From: the human T2T-CHM13v2.0 reference genome, Homo sapiens
Assembly (NCBI RefSeq): GCF_009914755.1
Contig: NC_060944.1
Reading direction: 5' to 3' (one strand)
Length of the DNA stretch: 64,000 nucleotides
In this document: positions 1-12,389 of the stretch, in pieces
How the letters are laid out: each line of letters begins with the position of its first letter
Numbering within the stretch: position 1 is the stretch's first letter
Program-made: the position numbers and the translations under genes
Notes under the pieces: model-generated
Told to the model about the DNA's origin: nothing
Database searches by the model: none
What the model saw: only the letters and a program-made list of their open reading frames with translations

Positions 1-94
1 TTACGGAACTCATGGGAGCATTTTAAGCCAGATTGTAAAAATACCAAACCAATGTTTTTTAAGAAGATAACTTTGACTTCTGTATGGCAAAAAG

Positions 95-250
95 TAAATG
101 TGGAAGCAGGAAGACCAGTTTGGAGGACATGGCCATGGGGACAATGGCTTGGACTAGGACGTGGGGGTGGAAGTCATGAGAAGTGGTTGGGTTCTGGATC
201 TCTTTAAATGATTTTTTTAAGCTGAATTTTCTGATGGAGTAAAAGATTTG
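95..250 (-). mobile_element. L2 LINE fragment
   Basis: GGAAGCAGGAAGACCAGTT...ATGGCTTGGACTAGG...GAGAAGTGG resembles the antisense L2 3' region; boundaries approximate. Confidence 0.6.
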
Positions 251-883
251 TCAATTTCCTTCTAGCTGACAGCAGAAGGGGTGGCTTTGATCGGCTTTCA
301 TCTCCCTCTCCAGGCCTCCCCATATCGCTCCACCTGGAATAAAAATAAAAGCTAAGAAAAACCCATCTATCGGCACAAGCACAGCATCCAGACTAGTCAC
401 CTTGGCTTGTCACAGCCCTCGCCACACTGAGACATAGACATAGACATTGATAGATAAAAACTTGATTTTATAAAAATCAAAAGGCAGTAATAATGAGGAC
501 ATTCAGAAAATGGAGAACCATTTAGCTGGAATCTGAAATAGTATAATACAGCAGCAGCAGTTACCATCCTTTGAGTACAAAGTGTGAGAATGCTGCTTGA
601 AGTTGGAGATTGGAGGCTTTGGGGAGCAGTTTCTTTACTTCGCTGACATCCTGGACATCACACATGGGCCTTACAAAGTTCACACACAAGCCTCTGCAGC
701 CTCCGTCTGCTTGTTCTGAGATCAAACTGGGCGGCCTTCGGCTCTGGCTTTGATTAGCTATGCACAGCCTGACTGCCTGAAACTCATGCAATAGAGATGA
801 ATGGAAAATGAGGCTTGTAATTATTTTCAAAAGACGTGCAGCCTGACTTCAGCCCATGAAGACTTCCAGGCCCCTGGAAAAGC

Positions 884-1030
884 CTGGCTCTGTGGACATG
901 CAAGCTGTGCAGTCTCATGGTGCCTCCGTTTAGAAGGGCCCCATGTTAGGTTTAATGCTTGGCTCTCTTGAAATTCTCAATAAGTTTTGAATGAGGGGCC
1001 CCATGTTTTCATTTTGTGCTTGGTTCTGCT
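884..1030 (-). mobile_element. MER91A-like hAT-Tip100 MITE
   Basis: TTAGAAGGGCCCCATGTTAGGTTTAATGC...TCTTGAAATTCTCAATAAGTTTTGAA...GGGGCCCCATGTTTTCATTTTG matches the recalled MER91A consensus. Confidence 0.7.
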
Positions 1031-1575
1031 TTGAAACTGCCTAGAAACCATCTTTCCCATTTTCATTCCAGTTGCTCAAACCCCTTTCTCAAACCTTTCA
1101 GAGAGGAAGGTAGCACAGGGGATATTCCTGGGACTGTGGTGTGGAGGGGTGTAGGTTGGTTACAGCAGCTCCTGGATGGTTGATGATGAGGATGCTGCAG
1201 ATATGAGCAGGGCGTTAGCTGAGTGAGACTTCAGGATAAACCAACCTGGAGGTCCATCTTCCAAGGATGGAGGTATCATTTTACCCGAGTATGGATAATC
1301 TGGGGCAAAGAGCAGAAATGTCCCTAGCCCCAAACCTATCAACAGAGTAGCAAGGGCCCAGTGATAACCTCATCAAACCCATCTTGAAGTGGGATGGGCA
1401 GGGCCAAGAAATAAAAGAGGAAGAAACTAACCAGGAGCCTCGGCCACACTCCAGGCTTGTTCTGTGTCCAGCCGGGCTCACTGCAACTTGGTTTTCAGGG
1501 TATGAGCTGAGCGGCAGTACAACCTGTGTTGTTTAGCAACACAGTACCTTCCCCGTTTACTGCTGTAAGGTGTTA

Positions 1576-1957
<382 letters not shown>

Positions 1958-2460
1958 TACAAAGCAAAGAGATGCCATTGCTCTTGCTGCTTCGTCCCCA
2001 CTCCTCTGAGATGGAGAAAGAGTAGCCGCTGTTTTAATAGACGGTCACTAAGAGTTAGCTGCTCCTGGGTGTCTATCTTTGTGCACACGTGATTTCTTTA
2101 AGGCTCTGAATTTCCTATAGTGCTCTGCACAGAGCAGTCTTTAGGAGAAGAGACATCTGGATATCTATGAAATCAGTATTAAAAATATATTCTAGGTCAC
2201 CCAATTCCCAACCGTAGTTCCCAGGTAAGGTGTCAAGGGTGGAAACATCCTGGTTGATGTCATACTGTCTGCAGTGAATGGAGCTAGGACTTGGACCTGG
2301 CCTTTGGGCACAAAGGCCACTGCTCTTTCTCCATCCCTCTTGACTGCTCAGGTGAGTGGCTGCTCTTACTGAACAATATCAGTGGGCAGAGGATGGGAGA
2401 AGTCATGGTTTTCCCCAGGACAGAAACCAGGGCTGGGGCTTCTCTGCTCAGAGGCCTTGT

Positions 2461-3088
2461 TGTTACTAGGCAAAAGGGGTTCACTGACTGATACACTGGA
2501 AACCAATACTATAACACCAGGGTTTTGAGAAAAGAAAAGCTTTTCTATTGCAATTTAACCAGCAAGGACACAGGAGTCCAGCTCAAATTCGTCTCTCTGT
2601 GCTGGCTTTGAGGCAGTCATTTTCTATCAAAATAGAATTACTGCCTTAGAAAGGACGCCCTCCCAAGGACCCACTTTACTGTGTTTTGCTTTTCCTTACA
2701 ACCCTGATCACCACCGATGGAGTGTGTTCCTCACCTGTCTTCTTCAACACAGCCCACTGAGGCGGGTTTAGGGGGTGGATTCTGGGATTAGAAGGTGATT
2801 GGTGGAAGGAAAGGAGAGGGCTGGAAGTCTGTGGGCATGCGCAGTTACCCCTTCATGCTGCCTCATGGGTTCCATATACAAATTCGAGGAGAGTTAGCGT
2901 GAAACGTGCGGTGGAAATTCATGCTGTGACATCAGCAAGCTCATTCTGTGCAAACTCCAGGTGGCCATATCGGTTCCAACCGATTTCAGCCAATTTAATC
3001 TCGCAAGCACGGGGAGTTTCTGCCATCCTGTAAACTCAAGAATTTGTGTTAGTTATTGGTTTCTTTAACTCTTTGGGGCACGGTTTCA
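2461..3088 (-). mobile_element. ERV1-class solo LTR (subfamily not assigned), carrying an internal insertion
   Basis: TG...CA termini; minus strand begins TGAAACCGTGCCCCAAAGAGTTAAAGAAACC and ends CCCCTTTTGCCTAGTAACA, typical of MER4-group LTR ends; no clear TSD. Confidence 0.7.
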
Positions 3089-3369
3089 TTCCGTGACTTC
3101 AACACAGAGGAGTGGGGAGGCAATCCCATTGATGCACTCTGGAAAGCCTGTTGTGGGTGAGCCATGGCACAGGGCTGGACGGTCCAGGACCTTGGTCCCA
3201 TGACACATGAGGTCTGTTCTGCGGAGCCCCAGCGTGTGGCCCTGTCCAGGCCCCGCCACTGTGTGTGTGGCGTTTTATTGTCAAGCTGTCCTTCTCTATC
3301 AAGGTCTTCATTTGCATTTGGCCAGGCACTGGCAGCTCCCAGAAGACACTGGGATTTTTCCAATTTGTT

Positions 3370-3480
3370 TGTTTATTTCATCAACAAAAGCTGGATTCCA
3401 GACTGAGATGTTAAGTCCTGGGGATGCTGCAAGGGGTAGGACAAACACAGGCTCAGCCCTCCAGAGTTTTCTGGTCTAAC
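3370..3480 (-). mobile_element. L2 3' end fragment
   Basis: TTTATTTCATCAACAAA...CTGGGGATGCTGCA...CCCTCCAGAG resembles the antisense L2 tail. Confidence 0.45.
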
Positions 3481-3679
3481 GTGGGCAATACATTCCCAGG
3501 GTCCATGGTGGGTAGGGGCCATCCACTCTGGTGGGGAGGAGTGTTTTATCACTGAATTGTAGCCAGTTTTATTATGGGCTTTAAACTTTCTATAGATAAT
3601 GCACCCCCTTACTGCTTGCACCTGGGAAGACTGCTCGCCCCACCCCTTTGCTCTCTTACTGTACCCCTGAATGAAGGAC

Positions 3680-4055
3680 TCCAGGAAGTACACACGTGGT
3701 CACTTGCTATTTCCCCCAACATGGGAGACATAGTCCTGCCTCAGGGCCTTTGCCCTGGCTGTGCCCTAGGCCTGGAGCTCTTTCCTCATCTCGATGCTCA
3801 GCTCACTCCTTGATTTCCTTCAGGTCTATACTTGAGCATCACTTCCCAGACAACTTTACAAAAAGGATCCTCTCCCAAAGATCCACTTTACTGTGTTTTT
3901 CTTTTCCTTACAGACCTGATCACCACTGATGGAGTGTGTATTGTTCCTTGCCAGTCTTTCTCAACACAGCCTACTTTGCAGTTTTGTTCATTACTGTGTC
4001 TCCAGTGTCTGTCCCTTGAAAGAAGCTCAACACATTTTGAATGGATAAATGAACA
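3680..4055 (+). mobile_element. L2 3' region
   Basis: CCTGCCTCAGGGCCTTTGC...CCTTCAGGTCT... ending in TGAATGGATAAATGAA tail. Confidence 0.75.
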
Positions 4056-4069
4056 GAAGAGAATACCTG

Positions 4070-4160
4070 TGTGTGAATCTTGTTCCTGCCCTGTGCCAGC
4101 TGTGTGACCTTAGGTGAATTATTGCCCCCTCTGAGCTTCAGTTTCTTTATTTCAAAACCA
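4070..4160 (+). mobile_element. MIR fragment
   Basis: Core GCTGTGTGACCTTAGGTGAATTATT...CTCTGAGCTTCAGTTTC. Confidence 0.7.
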
Positions 4161-5055
4161 CCAAGTGGCTGAGAAAATAAACCCAGGCAAGAGAAGAAAA
4201 CACCTGCCCTGCCAGGGGAGCTGATGAATATCTCCTTCTTCCTTCTTTCTTTCTCCCATTAAATTTGACAGCCTCTGCTTTACTGCAGGGAGAGAGCCAG
4301 GAGCCTGTTTAGGCGGTAGTAGGACTCCTTTCCATTCACTGCACTCCCAGCCTGATCTCAGAGGCTCATGTAGTCAGCAGAGCAAGAGAAATGGGCTGGG
4401 AAACAGGCTGGATTTATTTCCTTCCTTTCCAGCAAAGTACTCTAAGGATGTGCCCATCCATAACCTCGTTGCTCACATGAAGACCGAGTGACGACTCAGA
4501 TGGATGGAGATGTATGAACCTCTCTGCACATGTGAAAATCCAACCCTAAGCCATGCAGGGGAAATGGGCACCAAACTCAAGGGCAGGCACATTCCAGAGC
4601 ATGGGGTCTGCGGGGGATGGCCTCGCCCAACCCAGGCATGGCTCACACACCATTTATTTCTTTACTGAGCTGGAAACTCAAATCCAAAGTTTTCCCGATG
4701 GCCCCGGAGGAATAAAAGAATTGGGGAGAGGGAAAAGGTGGAGAAGAAGGTGAAAGAAATGAAGGAAAAGAAGGAAGTGAAGAAGAAAAATAAGAGGGAA
4801 GAAAAAAATGAGAAAGAAAGACACATTTTAAACTAGAATAAAGTATATACCCTTTCTTAATTGACTGACCATGAACCAAATCAGAGCTTTCAAAGAGAAT
4901 CTGACCAAATTGTTATTTCAGTTTACTTTAGAGTGTGATTTGATGTAAAGAAGTCAGTCTGTCTTGCCCCACTAAGCCTTGTTTAAATGAACTGCAATGT
5001 TCTGTAAGTTTCTTCTGGAACCTTAGCCCACCCATATGCTACAAATATGTGTTAC

Positions 5056-5168
5056 TAGGGTGATCAGCCATCCCAGTTTTCCTGACACTGAAAGGAGTCC
5101 GTGGATGCAGGACTTTGGTGCTAAAACTGAGAAAGTTCTGGGTACACGAGGACAAACTTGTCACCCTA
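5056..5168. mobile_element. MER81 hAT-Blackjack MITE, full length
   Basis: TIRs TAGGGTGA...TCACCCTA, 113 bp, internal GGACTTTGGTGCTAAAACTGAGAAAGT. Confidence 0.85.
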
Positions 5169-5175
5169 ATGACAA

Positions 5176-5633
5176 TGTCATGGCTTGAACTATGGCCCCT
5201 AGAAAGATGTATCTCAGTCCACATCCCTGGAAGGTGTGAAGGTCACCCTATTTGAAAGAAGATCTTTGCAGATGTGTTTAAGTTAAGGATTTTGAGATGA
5301 GATTATCCTGGGTTACTCAGGTAGGTCCTAAATTCAATGGCAAGTGACTATATAAGGAAGAAGAGAAGACACACACAGACAGAAGGGAAGGCCACATGAA
5401 GAGGGATGCAGAGATTGGAATGATTTGGCCATAGCCAAGAGATGCCTGAAGCCACCAGAAGCTGGAAAAAAATAGAGAAGGATTCTCCTCTAGAGCCTTC
5501 CGACAGACCATAACCCGGCTAACATCTTGATTTGGGACTTATGGCCTCCAGAACTGTGAGCACATAAGTGTATGTTGTTTTAAGCCACCAACTTTGTGGT
5601 GATTTGTTGGAACAGCCCTAGGAAAGCGATACA
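5176..5633 (+). mobile_element. MLT1C/D MaLR solo LTR
   Basis: TG..CA ends; CTTTGCAGATGTG..TTAAGTTAAGGATTTTGAGATGAGATTATCCTGG; GCCACCAGAAGCTGG; TTTAAGCCACC. Confidence 0.9.
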
Positions 5634-6019
5634 GGCAGTAAAGAAATAAAAGGCAAGGTGGACATATCTGGAACTCTCAGGATGCTTTCTGATTTGCTCT
5701 ATCTCTAGCAAAGTTTCTAGAATACATTTCTGGAGAAGTAGAAGTAGCATGCATAATTTTCTAAAATTCTAAACACCACTCCCAAAACTTTCATATTTAC
5801 TTAACTCCTGTAGGCAACGTGGCATGTGGTCCTAGCATCCCAGTTCCCTGGGAGATGGCCCTCCTGGCCAGGGTGGTGCCTTTCTTTAGCTCCCAGGTCC
5901 TGCCCCCTGGATAAAGGCTGTCTGCATGTCATGGTCCTAGAGCTGGGGGCAGGGAGGGCATTTGCAAGGAGGGAGGCCTGTTAGAACTGTGAGCACATCT
6001 CAGCACACAGATGGGCATC

Positions 6020-6410
6020 TCTATTAGTCCATTCTTGCACTGCTATAAAGAAATACCAGAGCCTGGGTAATTTATAAGGAAAAGAGGTTTAATTGGCTCA
6101 TGGTTCTGCAGCTGAACAGGAAGCATGGCTGGGAGGCCTCAGGAAACTTACAATCATGGGGGAAGGTGAAGGGGAAGCAGACACATATTACTTGGCTGGA
6201 GGAGAAGGAAGAGTGTGTGGGAAGGTGCTACACACTTTTAAACAACCAGATCTCATGAGAACTCTTTCACGAGAACAGCACTAGGGGGTTGATGTAAACC
6301 ATTAGAATCCACCCCTATGATCCAATCACCTCCCACTAGATCCCACCTCCAGCACTGGGGATTTCATTTCAACATGAGATTTGGGTGGGGACACAGATCA
6401 GGGTATATCA
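6020..6410 (-). mobile_element. MSTA/THE1D-type MaLR solo LTR
   Basis: TATTAGTCCATTCTTGCACTGCTATAAAGAAATACC...AACATGAGATTTGGGTGGGGACACAG...TATCA; degenerate 5-bp TSD GCATC/GTATC. Confidence 0.9.
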
Positions 6411-6588
6411 GTATCACATCTGATGTTGGATGAGCATCGCATAGTATATCAGCGTCACATCTCTGCTTGACACCCAGCGGGCACTGTGTTTTCTTAGATT
6501 CTGTGTTTGTCTTTTGGCATCCATTAATCACAGGGCCAAACTAATGCCCAAAGTTGTTTATGTCTCCCCTGCAATCAGCTTTGGAGGG

Positions 6589-7004
6589 TGTTTGAAAATC
6601 ATATTACAAACTCTCCAACCAAGCCAGAGCACAACCCCCCAACTTCTTCCTTATCTAACTCCCACACACCAAGCCAGTATTTCGCCTGCCTCACATCACC
6701 CGGGACCAGGGACAAGACAACTAAGACCTCTCCTGTAGCCCAGAGCCTGCAACATTATTCACATCAGCCAATCTCAAGCTGTTTCCCCTGCCCTACCCTG
6801 CCCTACCCTGCTTTCCCCTTGAGAAACACAATAAAGGTTCCTGCCCAGACTTTTCTGTGGCTCCTTCCACTGACTCCTAGGTGGGCTGGTGTGCCCCTTT
6901 CTCTTGGGAAACGCAAGTAAAATATTCTTTTGATGGCACCTGCTTCTCCCTGCTGTCACTCAGTCACTTCCATAAATTGAAATCCATTGGATACAACTGG
7001 GACA
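6589..7004 (+). mobile_element. ERVL-class LTR (MER54/MER73/MER74/MER88 group)
   Basis: CCCAGAGCCTGCAACATTATTCACATCAGCCAAT...GAAACACAATAAAGGTTCCTGCCC; TG..CA ends; subfamily uncertain. Confidence 0.65.
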
Positions 7005-8353
7005 GTTGGCATCACAGGTGACTCAACATTTGATAGAGCTGCATGCCCCTGGGCTGCTCTTGGCTTACTAACTGGCTTCGCCAACAATGAGCACCCCTGG
7101 CTGTGGACATACCTGCACTTTAGCGCCTCCACTCTATGCTATGTCTACCATGTGCTGCCATGATGTTCCACCCTAAATTGTAAGAGGACCTCAAAGGCAC
7201 ATGCCTCCATGGTACACCTCACTTTGTATAGTTTAGTTTTTAGGAAGGCTAAAACCATCATCTTGGATATGCAACAAGATCCACTGGGTCTGTTTGATAC
7301 CCAGGCACCCAGGAAGGAGGGAGTGCATTGATTGACCAGCATACAAGGCTCCTCTCAAGGGAACAGGGAGAGGATTCTTCCAGAAGGACTGTATTGAATC
7401 TGATCCACATGCCCATCAATGCCAAAGTCAGTGTAAGGCTCATTCAGCCTGACTTGAGTTCTTTTCTCTGGGTAAGTGAATTATTGCACTAACCTGCCCT
7501 TTGAGAGAGCATTCCTGGCAAAATTCTAGGTGCAGTATCCTCTGGTAAACCATAGGGATGCAACACCAAGTACTCCTCTCATGGAAGCCATTGGCATCCA
7601 AAAATTTTCAAGGACAAATCTCTGTTGTTGCTTGCCTTGCTGCTGTTGCAATTCGTCTCCTAACTTAGCAGGATATAAAAGATCCCATCCATGGAGACAA
7701 GTGGCTAAATATTTAATGGAAAAAGGAAAGAAGGAGCATGTTGTTCCACTCCCCTTAAGACATCTGAGGACGTTCCTCAGCTCATGCAAGATTGTAAATC
7801 TCCTGACCAATGTGTCCGGGCACTCCTGAGTGCTGCTACCTAATCAACATGCGAACAGCCTCCTTCTTAAGAGTAAATTGTCACAAAATCAGGATGTGAC
7901 ATCATTGTTCTCTTGAATGTGGACCCCAGACCTTCTGAGGTTGATTGGGACACCCTAGAGAGGGAGGCTGCTGCTCACAGCAGAGGTCACTCAGGACTAC
8001 CAGGAACTTATCAGGTAAACACCCAAAGGAAAAAAAATGTCTGGGGAAAGACAGGAGACATAAAAGGGGGGAAAAGTGGGAGAGGGAAGGATTTTAACCA
8101 CTTAGAGATACAAGCCATTCTAAAAAGATTTAAGAGAAAAAAAAAAAAGCCAGGGGTAGAAAAGAGACTGATTAGGGTGGGTACATAATCAGTTGCAGGG
8201 GAGTGGCTGCTGCTAGAGGTCCTGTGTCACTTCCCTCACCCCCTTTTCTCTTATCAGCCAGAGACAAAAATAAAAAATAAAAAAAAATTAAAAAGCAGTT
8301 TCAGGTGGTCAAAAGCCTAAAACAAAACAAAAATAACAAATAAACAAGGATAA

Positions 8354-8878
<525 letters not shown>

Positions 8879-9064
8879 TAAATGGTTACTGTTGTGTAAA
8901 TGTGAGAAGAAGCTGGGCATTAATGTGCTGGGTGACTCTGAACCAGGCCCCCACCTTTCTGAACCTGTTTCCCAGATCTGAGTCTTGGCTTGGCTTGGTC
9001 TAGATACAAATTCACATGTTGTTGTTGTTATTTCTATTTTCCTTTATTTTATCATATTCATTTA

Positions 9065-9222
9065 TTTAACACAGCACTCTCTCTTCAAATAAAACTTTAG
9101 CAAGGGCCCAGGTATAAAGCAACTGAAGCAGAACCTCTCTGAGTGGGCCCTCATTCTTCTGTCCCCGTTGCTGGACACTGCTTAGGACCCCTGAGACAGA
9201 GATTTATAACAGAAAACCACCC
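9065..9222. mobile_element. MER117-like hAT-Charlie remnant
   Basis: CTCTTCAAATAAAACTTTAGCAAGGGCCCA...GAAAACCAC loosely matches the recalled consensus. Confidence 0.35.
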
Positions 9223-9329
9223 TCAAGAGGGTGTGTCTCCTTGCTTTGCAGTTCAGAATCACAGTCATATTGGGTCACTATTTCTGAGTGTATATTTTTA
9301 AAGATCAGATCACAGCTGAGTGATCTGAA

Positions 9330-9928
9330 GGGTAATCACTCCCTGGCTTAAACCTTTCACCTATGTTCCTTTGCTTATTTTGTTAACTTCAGACCCTTCC
9401 TCCCATGAGGCCCTGTACCTCTATAGGAGCACTCAGGCACACCAGAAGACCCCTCTCCTCCTCTTCTGTGTCCTAGCCTGGTTGCCTCCTTTCTCTTCCT
9501 TGACTGAACCAGATACTTCCCTGCTTCAAGGTCTTTTCCCTGATTATACCCACTTCCTGAAACGCTCTCTTGGAGCAAATTCTTTGGCTGTCTCTTTCTA
9601 CAGTGTCAGCTTAAATGTCCCCTCCTCAGAGAAGCCTTCCTTGACCCCCAGTTTGAAGTGGCCACTCCTATTCCCACTTCAGCTCACCTTTTGTCTCATT
9701 TCAATAATAGCATATGTTGAACCTATGCATTTGTTTGTTTATTTATCTATTTACTGGTCTGTTTATGGTCTCCTCTACCAAAATGGTCATACCATGAAGG
9801 CAGGAACCATGAATGGCTGCCTCATTAAATTCCATATCCCCAGCACCTACAACAATGCCTAACATCTGAGGGCTCAAAAACTGTGTTGAATAACTAAGAG
9901 AATTAATTAATTAATAAATGAATGAATG
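9330..9928 (+). mobile_element. L2 3' region
   Basis: TCAGCTTAAATGTCCCCTCCTCAGAGAAGCCTTCCTTGACC; ATCCCCAGCACCTACAACAATGCCT; (TGAA)n tail. Confidence 0.85.
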
Positions 9929-10010
9929 CACTCTGGGTTTGAGAAGAGGATTTTTTTTTTTAACTACTGCCCTTGGTATCTGTGAAGCACAATTTGAAAG
10001 CTCAGTAATT

Positions 10011-10417
10011 TGTCAGTTGTCACAAACCCAACTCAGTGGTAGTAATTCTTACATTCATGTATATTAACAATAAGTACTTATTCCTACATTCAGGTCCATA
10101 GGTCAAGCACGACTTGGCGGATCCAGGCTGGGCTCTGCTGGGCATGGCTGCAGGCTGTGGGTTGGGATCAGGTCTGCTCCATATGTGTTTATCTTGGGCA
10201 TAGTCTAAAGGGAGAGCAGCTCCTCTCTGGACACACTCCTCATGGTGGATCCCTGGGGACAAGAGCAAGCAAGCTTCATGAGCACATTTAATGACTTTAG
10301 TCTCGTCACTTCCTCTGACACTCTGACCATCCTTGGTCAAAGCAAGTCACACAGCCAAACCCACATCAATGGACCAGGAAGGCCCATTATCTGCTGAACA
10401 ATAACTCAAACTATCAC
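10011..10417 (-). mobile_element. MLT1H/I-type MaLR LTR
   Basis: GGCTGCAGGCTGTGGGTTGGGATCAGGTCTGCTCCATATGTG; TTGGTCAAAGCAAGTCACACAGCCAAACCC. Confidence 0.75.
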
Positions 10418-10516
10418 TAAACTTATGACCACGAACAGTGATTCAAGAAACCAAAGTTTAATGCAGGATTGTTTGTGATCTAAGAGGCTGTCTGAACAGG
10501 GATGGCTGAGATTATT

Positions 10517-10543
10517 AGAGAGAGAAAGAGAGAGAGAGAGAGA
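10517..10543. repeat. (GA)n microsatellite
   Basis: Seen directly; one interruption. Confidence 0.9.
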
Positions 10544-11418
10544 AATTCTTGTATCTGAATTACTCTGAAGGAAAGGCTCTGCTGCTGGCAGTTAATGCAA
10601 ACACACCCACAGCCACTGCCAGAAGCCTCCAGTCTCAATGTGATGACATAGTGAGCAAAGGAGCCTGGGGGTTTCTAGCCCAATTCAGTGCTGGGAAGCA
10701 AGAGCTCACTCACTCTCCCATCCCCCTTTCCCACTACCCACCCCTCCCCTCCTGCCAGCAAATGGAGGCAGCACATTTTCACTCCAATTTCCACTTAAAG
10801 CTGCAGCTGCTGTCGCCGCCTGGGAACCCCTATCTTTTTACATGTTATTGTGGATCAGTTGCCCGCTGCAGCAATAAAGAACTCTCAGTGGGTTGCCTGG
10901 AATTTCTAACTCAGTGCCACAGAAAACCTGGTGGATAAGGAAACAAGAGGCTGCGCTTCAGTGGTGGTAAGTGCTAGACTTAAGCAGGCAACCCTGGGTC
11001 CTAGCCTCTTCTGGTCAGTCCTCTCCCAGACATCAGCTCCAGGAGGGAATCTGCTTCCTCAGCCATGAGGGCAATGAGGACCCTCACCATAGCTATCTAT
11101 ATGGGATCCTCCAGCATCCTTTAGCCTCGATGGCAAAACACTCACTGGCTGTTTTCAGTAAGTTTTAGATTCCCAATATTGTTCTTGCAATCGTGGGGTG
11201 GAGGACAGAAGGGTGGATGGTCAGGTATTAGATCGATCAAATCAAATTGCAGTACTCAGACCCTGGGGGTACACAATGACTTTCTAAGGATTCACAGGCA
11301 ACAGGCCATTTTGAGAGAATCACTTTTCAGATTCTCAACTGACATGGGTACTCTGTGGGCTCTTCATTTCCACATCCTCTTTTGGTAACACTCTTCTCCC
11401 ACTTTATAAAACAAAGAT

Positions 11419-12389
11419 TGATCAGTCAATGTTCTGGCAGGAGACAGATAGCGTACTTACATTGGCTAATTGGAGGAAAGTTTCATAAAGGTATTATTTA
11501 AAACTTGTGATCCGGATGAAGGGAAATAGCAAACAATAGTGCCAGGCCCTGGCTAGTAACAGTGGGGCCCTGGGGAGGGTGAGGGGAAAGAGCCTTCTGG
11601 AATCTGCAGACAAAAGGAGACTCTAGGCGGGGGCTGTCAGACAGGAGCTGTGACCTTCTGCAGTGGAGGCAGGCAGCCTGGGCTCCCCCACAGTAGGGAT
11701 AAAGAACCCCTACCTCACTCATCTCTCAGTCTACCATCTCTGCCTGTTTTCGCTATCCCATGGCAAAACCCAACTGTTACAGGAAAGGGGTCCCGGTCCA
11801 GACCCCAAGAGAGGGTTCTTGGATCTTGCACAAGAAAGAATTCAGGGTGAGTCCATACAGTGAAGTGAAAGCAAGTTTATTAGGAAAGTAAAGGAATAAA
11901 AGAACGGCTACTTCATAGAGCAACCCTGAGGGTGGCTGGCTGCCCATTTTTAGGGTTATTTCTTGGTGATATGCTAAACAAGGGGTGGATTATTCATGCC
12001 TCCCCTTTTTAGACCATACAGGGTAACCTCCTGACATTGCCATGGCATTTGTAAACCATCCTTGTGCTGATGGGAGTGTAGCAGTGAGGATGACCAGAGG
12101 TCACTCTCATGGCCATCTTGGTTTTGGTGGGTTTTGGCAGCCTTCTTTACTGCAACCTGTTTTATCAGCAAGGTCTTTATAGACTTGTAGATACAGGCCA
12201 ACTTCCTCTCTCATCTTGTGACTTAGAATGCCTAATTGTCTGGGAATGCAGCCCAGTAGGTCTTAGCCTTATTTTACCCAGCCCCTACTCAAGATGGAGT
12301 TGCTCTGGTTCACACGCCTCTGACACAACCACAAGCCAGAAAGCAAGGGAGCTCATTTTGATGGAAGGCATTCAAACAATTGCATAACA
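11419..12389 (-). mobile_element. LTR41-like ERVL LTR, interrupted by MER41
   Basis: CAGGAGACAGATAGCGTACTTACATTGGCTAATTGGAGGAAAGTTTCATAAAGG...GGCTAGTAACAGTGGGG; resumes after MER41 with AAGCCAGAAAGCAAGGGAGC. Confidence 0.7.
11775..12325 (-). mobile_element. MER41 (A-like) ERV1 solo LTR, full length
   Basis: TGTTACAGGAAAGGGGTCCC...AGACCCCAAGAGAGGGTTCTTGGATC to CAAGATGGAGTTGCTCTGGTTCACACGCCTCTGACA; 551 bp; perfect TSD CAAC at 11771-11774 and 12326-12329. Confidence 0.95.
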
